A stretch of 64,000 nucleotides of DNA from the NCBI GenBank assembly GCA_963806225.1, contig CAWDXG010000004.1, positions 5,536,001-5,600,000 on the forward strand. The letters run 5' to 3'. Positions 1 through 9,501 of the stretch are shown here, piece by piece. The position numbers and the translations under genes are program-made. The stretch is from an uncultured delta proteobacterium. Lineage in GTDB: Bacteria > Myxococcota_A > Polyangia > Polyangiales > Polyangiaceae. The first letter of the stretch is position 1; each line of letters opens with the position of its first letter. A model generated the notes under the pieces. It did not search any database. It saw only the letters and a list, made by a program, of their open reading frames with translations, and had not been told where the DNA came from.

Positions 1-579
1 GTGGTGATCGATTTCTCGGCGGCCACCGCGGTGCCCGGGCTGATGGCCGTCGCCGCGCGGCAGAAGGTCGCCGTCGTCAGCGGCACGACCCACCTCGACG
101 CGGCCGGCAAGCAGGCGCTCGACAAGGCCGCCGCGGCAGTGCCGGTACTGTGGGCACCGAACATGAGCCTGGGCGTGCAGGTGCTCGCCGAGCTGGTCGA
201 GCAGGCTCTGAAACGGCTCGGCCCGGGGTACGACGCGGAGATCGTCGAGATCCACCATCGTCGCAAGGTGGACGCGCCGAGCGGCACGGCGCGCCGGCTG
301 GCCGAGGCGGTGAAAAGCGTGCGCGGCGAGCTCACCGAGCTGCACGGCCGCGACGGCGAAGTCGGCGCGCGTACCCAGGACGAGATTGCCGTGTTCGGCG
401 TGCGTGGCGGTGACGTGGTCGGCGATCACACCGTGTACCTGCTCGGTCCGGGCGAACGTCTGGAGCTCACCCATCGCGCTAGCAGTCGCGAGCTGTTCGC
501 GCATGGCTCGCTCAGTGCCGCGCGCTTCGTCCAGGGGCAAGAGCCCGGGCTCTACACGATTGCCGACGTGCTGGGGTAG
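1..579 (+). CDS. dapB: 4-hydroxy-tetrahydrodipicolinate reductase, 5'-truncated by window edge
   Basis: Motifs VIDFS, VSGTT, APNMSLG, EIHHRRKVDAPSGTA, RGGDVVGDHTV. Confidence 0.95.
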   Translation: MVIDFSAATAVPGLMAVAARQKVAVVSGTTHLDAAGKQALDKAAAAVPVLWAPNMSLGVQVLAELVEQALKRLGPGYDAEIVEIHHRRKVDAPSGTARRLAEAVKSVRGELTELHGRDGEVGARTQDEIAVFGVRGGDVVGDHTVYLLGPGERLELTHRASSRELFAHGSLSAARFVQGQEPGLYTIADVLG

Positions 580-584
580 GGGGC

Positions 585-1637
585 ATGCGGGGTCGCGTTG
601 TCGGCGTCTGGTCGGCTGTTGCCGTGCTCGGGCTGGCCGGCATCGCTGCCTGCGGCGGACCTCGGCCCGCCGCCGCGCCGCCCGTCGTGACCGTCGGCGT
701 GCCAGCGCCCGCGCCCAGCGCAAGCTCGGGCCCCGCGACGCCGGAGGATCCGGCGCTGGTTGCTCGATTGGCCTTCCAGCACAATCTGGAACGGACCCTC
801 GCCGCGGCGCGCGACGCGGGTTGGGTCGAGAACCGGCGGGTCGTCATCCCCGGTCACAACGCCGTGCTGGTGGTGTACGAGCCGACGCCCGACAAGGCGC
901 AGGCCATGGTAGAGCAGCGCGTCGACGCGATCGGCGCTGCTCCGGACAACGTCATCAGCCGCGAGAGCGGCATGATCGAAGTGAGCCGCACGCACCAGGG
1001 CAAGCTCTTGTGGGATCTGCGCGGCAGGGGCGCACACTCCCTGCTGGTCGAGCTCACGCCCTGCGGTGCCCACTGCGGCATCCCCGAGACGCTGGTGCTC
1101 GACCTCACCGACGATCGCTTCAGCGTGTCGGCGTCGGCGCCGGCGTGCCCCACCTGCCGCCATGATCTGGACGGCGACGGTATCCCGGAGTTCGACTTCC
1201 CGCTGCTCCAGCTGTCGATCGGCCCCTGCTCGTACGCTTCCTGCGGAAACAGCTACGCGCTCGAGGTGGAAGTGCAGGGCTACGAGTCCTGGGACGGCCA
1301 ACGCTTCGCGAAGAACCTGGCGCTGTTCAAGCCGCTCTACGGAAAGGCCCTCGAAAAAGCGCGCGGGGAGGCTAAAAAGCTCGCTTCCTCGTCGAAGGCC
1401 GGCGTGTGTCCGACCGACGCGCTGCGCGTCGCGGGGGAGCTGTACGCCTACGGGCGGCTCACGGGGCAGTCCGCCGGCACGGCGCTCGCCGCGGCCGACG
1501 CGGTCATGTCCGGCTACTCGATGAAGCCGTGCACGAAGCAGCACGATCTGCTCGCCGGTCCGAAGACCTGGCGCGTGCTGCGCAGTGAACTGTCGAAGAC
1601 ACGCCTGCCCGCGCTCGACGCAAAGCGCGCAAAGTAG
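585..1637 (+). CDS. Hypothetical lipoprotein
   Basis: Hydrophobic leader ending IAAC; Pro/Ala linker; DLDGDGIPE Ca-binding-like loop; several Cys pairs. Confidence 0.7.
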   Translation: MRGRVVGVWSAVAVLGLAGIAACGGPRPAAAPPVVTVGVPAPAPSASSGPATPEDPALVARLAFQHNLERTLAAARDAGWVENRRVVIPGHNAVLVVYEPTPDKAQAMVEQRVDAIGAAPDNVISRESGMIEVSRTHQGKLLWDLRGRGAHSLLVELTPCGAHCGIPETLVLDLTDDRFSVSASAPACPTCRHDLDGDGIPEFDFPLLQLSIGPCSYASCGNSYALEVEVQGYESWDGQRFAKNLALFKPLYGKALEKARGEAKKLASSSKAGVCPTDALRVAGELYAYGRLTGQSAGTALAAADAVMSGYSMKPCTKQHDLLAGPKTWRVLRSELSKTRLPALDAKRAK

Positions 1638-1703
1638 CGCCGCCGGGGTCGGTGCGCCGCGCCGCGCACGCGGGCGGCGGGCAAACCCGACCGACGAGCA
1701 CGG

Positions 1704-2726
1704 CTACTCGTCGTCGTCCGCGTCGTCGTCGTCCGCGGGCCGCTTCTTCGCCTTCTTCTTGTTCTTCTTCCTGGGGGGGGGCGGCGGCTCTTCTTCCTCT
1801 TCGTCGTCGTCCTCTTCGTCCTCGTCAGCCGCGGGCTCGTCGCTCTCGTCCTCGTCCTCGAACTCCTCGTCCTCGTCCTCGTCGAGCAGCTCCTCTTCTT
1901 CCTCGAGATCCTCGGGCGGGGCCCAGCCGACCGGCAGTTTCGCCTTCAGGCTCCACGCAATACCGATGTAGCCGAGCAGCGCCGCGGGGATCGACAGGAT
2001 CTGACCCATCGTCAGCGGGTAGCTGGTCGGCAGCGTCTGGTACGCCTTGAAGTACTCGACGAAGAAACGCCCCGTGAAATACACGGCGAAGAACACCGAG
2101 ATGAGCAGGCCGCGCGGGCGCCGCTCCTTGCCCGCCCAGCGATCCACCAGGTAGAGCACCAGTATCACGAGCAGGCCGAGCCCGGCCTCGTAGAACTGGG
2201 TCGGGTAGCGGAACGGTCCGTGGAAGTTGCCGTCGTAGCGCGGGAAGCGGACGCCCCACGTTTGATCGGTGGGTCTGCCGACGATCTCGGAGTTGAAGAA
2301 GTTGCCGATGCGCACCAGCGTTGCGCCGAGGGCCGCCGAGAAGGCGAAGCGATCAGCGCCCTCCAGGAACGGCACGCCGCGGCGGCGCGTGAACAGCCAC
2401 ATGGCGAAGATCAAGCCGGCGGTGGCGCCGTGGCTGGCGAGCCCGCCCTTCCAGATCTCGAAGATCCAGACCGGATCGGCCAGAGCCTTCTTCCAATCGT
2501 AGAAGATGACGTGGCCGAGGCGGGCGCCGATCAGGACGCCGAACACGCCGTAGACGATGAAGTCGCCCGCGTCGTCCTCGTCGCCGCCGCCGCGCTCGAT
2601 CTGCCACTTGAGCAGCGCGTAGCCGCCCAGGAAGACGCCGACGAACAGCAGGCTGTAGTAGCGCAGGGCCAGCGGCCCGAGGTGGAGGAAGACCGGGTCG
2701 ATGTTCCAGGTGAACTTGGGAAGCAC
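1704..2726 (-). CDS. lgt: Prolipoprotein diacylglyceryl transferase with acidic C-terminal tail
   Basis: IDPVFLHLGPLALRYY, GARLGHV, IWKGGLASHG, RIGNFFNSEIVG, PTQFYE, TMGQILS. Confidence 0.95.
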   Translation of the reverse strand: MLPKFTWNIDPVFLHLGPLALRYYSLLFVGVFLGGYALLKWQIERGGGDEDDAGDFIVYGVFGVLIGARLGHVIFYDWKKALADPVWIFEIWKGGLASHGATAGLIFAMWLFTRRRGVPFLEGADRFAFSAALGATLVRIGNFFNSEIVGRPTDQTWGVRFPRYDGNFHGPFRYPTQFYEAGLGLLVILVLYLVDRWAGKERRPRGLLISVFFAVYFTGRFFVEYFKAYQTLPTSYPLTMGQILSIPAALLGYIGIAWSLKAKLPVGWAPPEDLEEEEELLDEDEDEEFEDEDESDEPAADEDEEDDDEEEEEPPPPPRKKNKKKAKKRPADDDDADDDE

Positions 2727-2822
2727 TCTCTCGTTCTCTTATGGCAAGCGGGGGCCGCGACGGCGCGCGGTAGGATACCCGAATCGCGCTCTTGTGCCGG
2801 ACAATCGCCCAGGTGTGGCGGA

Positions 2823-4574
2823 TCAGGCGCCGATGCCGGAGAGCTCGGTGCGGTCGAGTCCCCACGGATGGCGCAGGAGTAGGCGCTCAGCCTGGCGTCT
2901 GAGCTTGTCGTCGAGCCGGCCGCGGCTCGCTCGGCGCAGGGCCTGGGCAAGATCGGCCGCCGAACCGAAGCGGTCGTGGCGGTCCTTGGCGAGCGCCAGG
3001 GCAAGCACGAGCTCCACTTCGGGGTAGAGCCTCACGTGCTGCCCGGGGCGCACGGGCTGGATGTGGACCACGTTGTACATCGTGCTCAGGGCGTCGGCGG
3101 CGGTGAAGGGCGGGCGCCCGGTGAGCGCGCGGTAGGCGAGGATGCCCAGCGCGAAGACGTCGGTGCGGTGGTCGACCGGCTCGCCGCGCGCTTGCTCGGG
3201 CGACATGTAGCTGGGCGTGCCGACGGCCACCTCCTTGGTCAGCGTGCTGCCCGCATCGCTGATGCGCGACACGCCGAAGTCCAGCACCTTCCACAGGCGC
3301 CGACGTCCGACTTCGATGGCGAACAGGTTCTGCGGCTTGAGATCGCGGTGCACGACGCCGGCCGCGTCGGCGACCATCAGCGCTTCGGCGACCTGGGTGA
3401 CCAGATCGACGGTGTCCCGTGTCGACAGACGTCGGTTCTCGCGCAGGTACCAGCCGAGGTCGTGCCCGTCCAGCCGCTCCATGACGAGATACGGCGAGCC
3501 GTCGACGGTCTCGCCGCTGTCGAGGACCTGGACGATGTGCGGCGAGTCAAGCGTGCTGCACAGCTCCGCTTCCCTCTGGAATCGCTGCACCTGCACCGGT
3601 TCGTCACGGACGACGAATGGGTGCAGCACCTTGAGTGCGACGTGCTCGCCGCTGCCGTGCTCGGCGGCGTAGACCTCGCCCATGGCGCCGCGTCCGATCA
3701 CCTCGCCGACGAGATAGGGTCCGAGGGTCTGGCCCGAGAAGCGACCGAGCTGTCCGGCACCGAGCACGCGATCCAGATCGGCGCGGGCTTCGTTCAAGAG
3801 CGCCTCGCGCTGGCGGATCTGCTGCTGCGCCGTTTCCAGCTCGGCGATCGCCCTGAGCGTCGCGCGGCGGCTGCTCTGCGCCAGAGCGAAGGTGAGCGCC
3901 AGGAAGACCTCGAGCACCAGCGTCACGACCACCATCGCCAGCGGGTCGGCGGTCTTCAGCGCGAAGACCGAGCGGCGGATGTCGATGACGCCGCCCAGCG
4001 CCAGTCCGCCCAGGAGGAGATAGCCGAGCGCCGCGAGCAAGTACACGCCCCACGCCTCCGCCTTCGAATCGCCGAGTCCGAAGTAGTACACGCCGATGAA
4101 CAGCGGGATCACCGTGGGCGAGAAGATGCCGGCGTAGTAGGTGACCGCGAGGATCGCGATTACCGTGAAGAGCCCGAACGCGAACACCAGACGCGGGTCG
4201 ACCTTGCGCTGTCCGCGACCGAGCAGCAGAAGGAGACCCGACCACAGGCTGATGCCCAGGAGCCCGCTGGTCGCGACCCAGCGCCCGGGGGCGTCGCTGT
4301 TGGGGATCTGCAGCGCGACGACCGCGATCAGCCCGACGATCAATCCCAGGCGCAAGAGCGCCCGGCCGCGCGCGGCCTGCTCGTCGCGGAGGGCGCGCGC
4401 CGTGGTGATGCTGGCGATCGTTCGAGAGGAGCTGCCCTCCTGCCGCCGTTCGAGCCCCGGTGGTGCTTCCGAAGGGCGCTCCGTGGCCAGCGCGCTGTCC
4501 GGTGTCTCCACCAGCGTCGCTTCGCTCTCGTCGGGCGCGCGCGCGTCAGGTCGGGATTCGACCTCGTCCACCAC
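2823..4574 (-). CDS. Ser/Thr protein kinase with N-terminal multi-pass membrane region and coiled coil
   Basis: GRGAMG, VALK, HRDLKPQN, DFG, GTPSYMSPEQ; about 5-6 hydrophobic segments before the kinase. Confidence 0.9.
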   Translation of the reverse strand: MVDEVESRPDARAPDESEATLVETPDSALATERPSEAPPGLERRQEGSSSRTIASITTARALRDEQAARGRALLRLGLIVGLIAVVALQIPNSDAPGRWVATSGLLGISLWSGLLLLLGRGQRKVDPRLVFAFGLFTVIAILAVTYYAGIFSPTVIPLFIGVYYFGLGDSKAEAWGVYLLAALGYLLLGGLALGGVIDIRRSVFALKTADPLAMVVVTLVLEVFLALTFALAQSSRRATLRAIAELETAQQQIRQREALLNEARADLDRVLGAGQLGRFSGQTLGPYLVGEVIGRGAMGEVYAAEHGSGEHVALKVLHPFVVRDEPVQVQRFQREAELCSTLDSPHIVQVLDSGETVDGSPYLVMERLDGHDLGWYLRENRRLSTRDTVDLVTQVAEALMVADAAGVVHRDLKPQNLFAIEVGRRRLWKVLDFGVSRISDAGSTLTKEVAVGTPSYMSPEQARGEPVDHRTDVFALGILAYRALTGRPPFTAADALSTMYNVVHIQPVRPGQHVRLYPEVELVLALALAKDRHDRFGSAADLAQALRRASRGRLDDKLRRQAERLLLRHPWGLDRTELSGIGA

Positions 4575-4633
4575 GCCTCAAGGCTTGTCCCGACTACGGC
4601 GCCGGGACAAGGGGATCAAGTCCGGATGGCGAT

Positions 4634-6913
4634 CTACAGCGCGAAGTGGCGGCTCACCAGCGTGAGATCGCCGTCCTGGGAGGGGACGGCGCGCCGTGGG
4701 CGGGCGCGGAGCAGCGCCTTTCCGGAGCCGGGAAGACCGGGGCTGCGGTCGAGAGCGACCGCCTGGACCCTCTTTTCCGTCGCGAGGTCGAGCTGCACCT
4801 CGACGCCGTCCGGCGGCGCGCCGACCACCAGCAGGCGCTTCCACGCGCCGCGGCGTCGGAAGTAGGCGGGCGTACCGTCGACCCGGGCCGCGGTGATGGG
4901 AGTGCCCGCCGGGACCACCAGGGCGAGATCGCGTGCGCCGCGCAGCGAACGGATGGAGAGGCGTACGCGCCGGCCGTGGGCGGCGGGCGGCGCGGGCACA
5001 CGCTCGACGCCCGGGGCAGGCAATCCGGGATCCGGAGCCGGGCCGGACAGCGCGAACGCGTTCCACCCGCCCGACCACGGTGCCGGTGACACCGGTTCCG
5101 GCGAGAACAAGCCGGCGCGGAGCAGGGCGGGAGGCAGGGGGCCCTGGGACGCACCCGTGAGCCAGCGCGCGCGATGTGTCGTTGCGTTCGCGTCGAGCAC
5201 GAGGCTCGCCCGCTCGGGCAGGTCCGGCGAGAACGGCGCGGCGCGCGCCGCGATGGGCGTCGCGATCAACAGGGCCGAAAGCGCGCCCAGTACCGGGGCC
5301 CAGCGCAGGCGTCCCGGCGCGACGCACAGCGCCGGGACGAGCGGAGCCCATGCGAGCGCGACTACCGCGGCCAGCAGCGGCAGCGAGACGAAGCCCAGCG
5401 CGTCGTACAGGAGCAACAGAATGGGCATCCAGACGAACGCCGCTACTGCCACTGGCGCCAGAACGGCCATCGCGGCCCGCCACTCCGAGGCTGGCGCCGC
5501 TGCCCAGAGTGGTCCCGTAGCAGCCATCGCGATCAACGGTAGTTCCGTCAGGTAACTGGCGCCGGGTAGGCGTAGCGCGAGCAATGCGGTCAGCGCCGCA
5601 AGCCAGATGCCGCCGGCGAGCCAGAAGGCCGGCAGCCCGACGCGCCGCGCAAGCAGCGCCGCGGGCAGCGCGGTACCGAGCGCGCCGAGCGCCCAGCACG
5701 CGACCAGCGCGGGCAGCGGATGGGCAACGAACTGCACCGGCAGCGCGCCGGCCCGGCGGAAAACGTAGTGCAGGAGCGCCCCGCCGCTCCCCGCGAGCAG
5801 CCAGCCGAGCGGCAGCGCGGCCAGCGCCACGCCGAGCTCCGTGAAGCGGAATGCCCCGCGGCGTTTCAGGAACAATCCGCCGAGAGCCAGCGAGAGTGCG
5901 GCGACGACGAGCAGCGGCACGACCCAGCCGACCGGGAATTCAACCACGCGGAATCCGAGGACATCGAAGAACACGGCGTCGCCGCTCGCGGCGACTGGTG
6001 CGCCGTCTGCGAGCTTCCGGGCCAGCGCGAGCGCGCTCTCGCCTTCATGCTGCAGGCTGGCGGCGCTCGAGTGATCGAGATCGTCGAGCGGCGTGTGGTA
6101 GTGCGGTTCGTCGCCGATGAACGCGAAGTTCACTCCGGCGATGCCGGCGCGGCGGAACACGGTCAGGTCGGTGTCGTTGGGCAGCTCGCGGTAGACGGAC
6201 GCGAACACCGAGCTCGTGACGGGGTGGGGCAGGGAGGTCGCGAGCGCGCGGGCCAGAGCCGCGTTCCTGCCGCTGGTCTCGAACATCAGGCTTGGCCCCG
6301 AAGTGCCCCGCGCCTCGAGGTTGATGACGGCCGAGAGCCGGTGGGCGAGGGGATTGTGCTTCACGAACGCTTGTGCGCCGAGCAGCCCCGGTTCCTCGCC
6401 GTCGTCGAACAGGAGCGCGACGGGGCGCTGGCGCGGCGATTCGAGCTTCAGGATGCGCGCGATCTCGAGCAGCGACGCGACGCCCGCGCCGTCGTCCGAA
6501 GCGCCGGGCCCGGCGCCGACCGAGTCGTAGTGCACCGCCAGCAGCACCGCGCCGCCTTTCGAGCGTCCAGGCACGGTGGCCACGATGTTCGTCACCTCGG
6601 CGCAGGCGCCCGAGCGGCCGCAGCTCATGTTCTTCGACAGTTCGGGCTCGAGGCCTAGACGGCGGAGCTCGCCGACGATGCGCTGCCGCACACGGCTGTT
6701 CTCCGCGCTGCCCACCGGATGCGGCTGCTTGTCGCCCAGCACGCGATCCAGCGCCTCCCGCGCGCGCGTCGCCGAGAACCGATCGACTGGCGCATCCGCT
6801 GGTGCGGGGTCGGGGGGCAGGGTCCTGAGCGCAGCCAGAAACCCCACGAGCAGAACGAGCAGCACCGCAGCCAGCGGCAGCCACGGGGGCGGAGCGGTTC
6901 TTCCCTCTGCCAT
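4634..6913 (-). CDS. M28 family metallopeptidase with C-terminal membrane domain
   Basis: HYDSV, GASDDG, DGEEPGLLGA, NLEARG, PNDTD, YHTPLD; many transmembrane segments follow. Confidence 0.9.
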   Translation of the reverse strand: MAEGRTAPPPWLPLAAVLLVLLVGFLAALRTLPPDPAPADAPVDRFSATRAREALDRVLGDKQPHPVGSAENSRVRQRIVGELRRLGLEPELSKNMSCGRSGACAEVTNIVATVPGRSKGGAVLLAVHYDSVGAGPGASDDGAGVASLLEIARILKLESPRQRPVALLFDDGEEPGLLGAQAFVKHNPLAHRLSAVINLEARGTSGPSLMFETSGRNAALARALATSLPHPVTSSVFASVYRELPNDTDLTVFRRAGIAGVNFAFIGDEPHYHTPLDDLDHSSAASLQHEGESALALARKLADGAPVAASGDAVFFDVLGFRVVEFPVGWVVPLLVVAALSLALGGLFLKRRGAFRFTELGVALAALPLGWLLAGSGGALLHYVFRRAGALPVQFVAHPLPALVACWALGALGTALPAALLARRVGLPAFWLAGGIWLAALTALLALRLPGASYLTELPLIAMAATGPLWAAAPASEWRAAMAVLAPVAVAAFVWMPILLLLYDALGFVSLPLLAAVVALAWAPLVPALCVAPGRLRWAPVLGALSALLIATPIAARAAPFSPDLPERASLVLDANATTHRARWLTGASQGPLPPALLRAGLFSPEPVSPAPWSGGWNAFALSGPAPDPGLPAPGVERVPAPPAAHGRRVRLSIRSLRGARDLALVVPAGTPITAARVDGTPAYFRRRGAWKRLLVVGAPPDGVEVQLDLATEKRVQAVALDRSPGLPGSGKALLRARPRRAVPSQDGDLTLVSRHFAL

Positions 6914-6938
6914 GTCGGCCCACGTACTGTACCTGGAC

Positions 6939-7649
6939 TCAGAGCTCGATTCCGCTCTCGCGGAACTGGGCCTCGATGGCCTCGGACCAGCCCTTGTTGG
7001 CGCGCGGATTCGCGGGGCTCGGATGCAGGATGCTGCTGATGCGCGGGCCGCTGTCGCCTAGCACCAGGCGCGCGCGTTTCTCGGCGAAGGCGCCCACGCC
7101 GACGAGATGTTCAGGTTGGAGCAGCTCGACCACCTGGGAGAGTGCCTCGTCGCACGCGGCGTGGAGCGGCTCGCGCTCGGCCGCCGGCAGCTTGTCGGGC
7201 GTCCGGTTCCGCCCGCTCTCTTCGAGGAACGCGAGCGGGCAGTAGTTGACCACGAAGAAACGCTCGAAGAAGCGCCCAGGCGTGTCGAAGTGCGCGCGGG
7301 CCCAGCCCCACAGCCGCGCGCCGCTCACCTCGCTGCGCGGGCAGTCGAAGCCGAGCACCGGGCGCTTGTCGTGCTCTTTCCGCGGTCGCTTCACCTTGCC
7401 GTCGACGCCCATCCAGTCGCGGACGGCGCTCACCTCGCCGAAGGGCACCCCCGTCTGCGCCATGCCGAACGGTCCCGGGTTCATGCCGAGCAGGATGATC
7501 TGCTTCGGGCCGGTGCCGTAACGCCGCAGGTATTGCTCGTGCGGCTCGCGGGCATAGTCGAGCGGGTTGTAGACGAACGCGACCGGCGGTCCGAATTCGA
7601 GCCGGCCGACGCGACGGGAAAGCCTGCGGCTGATATCGACGAGATCCAC
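6939..7649 (-). CDS. SMUG1-family uracil-DNA glycosylase
   Basis: VYNPLDYA, GMNPGPFGMAQTGVPFG, SEVSGARLW, HPSPANP; GTG start at 7649 inferred because the longer ORF overlaps neuB. Confidence 0.92.
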   Translation of the reverse strand: MDLVDISRRLSRRVGRLEFGPPVAFVYNPLDYAREPHEQYLRRYGTGPKQIILLGMNPGPFGMAQTGVPFGEVSAVRDWMGVDGKVKRPRKEHDKRPVLGFDCPRSEVSGARLWGWARAHFDTPGRFFERFFVVNYCPLAFLEESGRNRTPDKLPAAEREPLHAACDEALSQVVELLQPEHLVGVGAFAEKRARLVLGDSGPRISSILHPSPANPRANKGWSEAIEAQFRESGIEL

Positions 7650-7701
7650 GCTGTCCGCCGGCGTAGCACTGCTGTCGGGAGGCTGGGAGGTCCCGTGCCG
7701 T

Positions 7702-8721
7702 CTAGCGCGGATCGGCGAGGTCGCTCCAGGCGAGGAGGCAGTCCGGTTCGAGGTCCCGCGTCGCGACCTTTCCGAGCACCTTCTGGTACTCGGCCGACGG
7801 GATGCCGGTTCCGGGTCGTTTGGTGACGACGTGTCGACGCTCGATGCGCGTCCCAATAGGGATGGGCATCGACGTGACCACGCTGCGGTAGGCCCAGCGT
7901 CGCACCGGCTCCTCGAGGGCGTGGAGCTGCTTTTCGCCCTGCGACGCCTCGAAGATCGCTCGCACTCCCCGGACCAGGTCGGCGAGCTCGTCGGGCTCGA
8001 TGGACACCGAGGCGTCGGGCCCACCGAGACCGCGGTCGAGAGTGAAGTGTTTCTCCACCAGCCGCGCGCCGACGGCCACCGCACCGAAACAGGTGTAGTT
8101 GTCCGGCGTGTGATCGCTGTGGCCTATGCAGAGGTCGGGATACTTCGCGCGTAGCGTGCCGATCGTCCGCAGCGAGACGTCGGCGTGGCGCGTCGGATAC
8201 TCGCTCGTGCAGTTCATCAAGCTGAGCCGCACGCTGCCCCGGAACGCCGCGACGGTGGCCTCGATCTCGTCGAGCGTGCACATGCCGGTCGAGAGGATCA
8301 GATGGTCGGCGATCTCCGCCAGCTGCTCCAGAAACCACAGGTCGCGGAGCTCTCCAGAGCCCACCTTGAACTCGCGGACTCCAAGCGCCGCGAGCTCCCG
8401 CGCCGCGTCGATCGAAAAAGGCGTACACAGGTAGACGACTCCACGATCGCCGGCATGGGCCATGAGCCGTTCGTGATCGGATATGGAGAGCGCCACGCGC
8501 TCCAGGAAGTCATACAGAGGTTCGTCGAAGTTGTCGGACAGCGGAACCTCGGGGAGCATCTCCGCGCTTGCGATGTGGTGCTGGAACTTCACGACCCCGG
8601 CGCCGGCATCCGCCGCCGCGTCGATCATTGCGAGGGCGCGCTCGATCGACCCGAAGTGGTTGTCGCAGGCCTCCGCGACGACCACGGGTTCGGTGCGTTC
8701 GAGCAGGTTGGCAACGGACAT
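7702..8721 (-). CDS. N-acetylneuraminate/nonulosonate synthase (NeuB family) with C-terminal SAF domain
   Basis: AEACDNHFG, VKFQ, KVGSGE, ILSTGM, CTSEYP, SDHT, EKHFTLD, KRPGTG. Confidence 0.9.
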   Translation of the reverse strand: MSVANLLERTEPVVVAEACDNHFGSIERALAMIDAAADAGAGVVKFQHHIASAEMLPEVPLSDNFDEPLYDFLERVALSISDHERLMAHAGDRGVVYLCTPFSIDAARELAALGVREFKVGSGELRDLWFLEQLAEIADHLILSTGMCTLDEIEATVAAFRGSVRLSLMNCTSEYPTRHADVSLRTIGTLRAKYPDLCIGHSDHTPDNYTCFGAVAVGARLVEKHFTLDRGLGGPDASVSIEPDELADLVRGVRAIFEASQGEKQLHALEEPVRRWAYRSVVTSMPIPIGTRIERRHVVTKRPGTGIPSAEYQKVLGKVATRDLEPDCLLAWSDLADPR

Positions 8722-8799
8722 GAGCCGATACTATGCTTCAATCGTGCCCACTTCGCATACGGCGCGCACCAGGCCGACAGTCGCCGGGGAGGCGGACGG

Positions 8800-9501
8800 G
8801 TGACACGGTCGGTGGCGGTCATGCTGAACGCGCGGCTCCGTTCGACCCGCTGCGAGAACAAGATGCTCCGCGACTTCTGCGGCACCTCGCTCGCGGAGAT
8901 CGCGCTCCGCAAGCTCGCCGAGGTCGACGCCGACGAACGCTATTTCTGCGTGGGCGAAGCGCCGCTCATCGCCCTGTTCGAGCGCGTGCGCCCCGGCGGG
9001 GTGGAGCTGCTCGAGCGCGAAGCCGAGGCGGTGACCGGAGACGCTCCCCAGTCGGTCATCAACGCCCACTACGCCCGCGCCGGGACGACGCACATCGCGT
9101 TCATGAATGCCTGTCATCCCTTTCTGCTGCCCGGGACGCTGAACCGCGCCATCGCCCGGGTGAAGGAGGACGCGAGCGTCGACGCGTTGACCTCGACGGT
9201 GGCCCGCCGGGATTGGCTCTACGGCGAGGACGGTCGCCCGCTGGTGAGCGTCGATCTCGCGATCGGCGACACCAAGCGGAGCCCAGTGGTCCACCGCGTG
9301 GCCCATGCGTTCCACATCTTTCCGCGCGACCGCTTTCTTGCCGGAGAGCCCATCTTCCGCGACGTTCCGGGCGATCCACACCTGTTCGGGATCTCCGCAG
9401 AAGAGGCCATCGACATCGACACCGAGCTGGAGTTCGCGATCGCCCAGGCCTACGCGACCACCAGCGCGAGTGTGACGGAACGACCATGGTCCGGAAGATA
9501 G
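8800..9501 (+). CDS. Acylneuraminate cytidylyltransferase (NeuA/CMAS family)
   Basis: ARLRSTRCENK nucleotide-binding motif, CHPFL, DIDTELEF; GTG start after GGGGAGG. Confidence 0.8.
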   Translation: MTRSVAVMLNARLRSTRCENKMLRDFCGTSLAEIALRKLAEVDADERYFCVGEAPLIALFERVRPGGVELLEREAEAVTGDAPQSVINAHYARAGTTHIAFMNACHPFLLPGTLNRAIARVKEDASVDALTSTVARRDWLYGEDGRPLVSVDLAIGDTKRSPVVHRVAHAFHIFPRDRFLAGEPIFRDVPGDPHLFGISAEEAIDIDTELEFAIAQAYATTSASVTERPWSGR

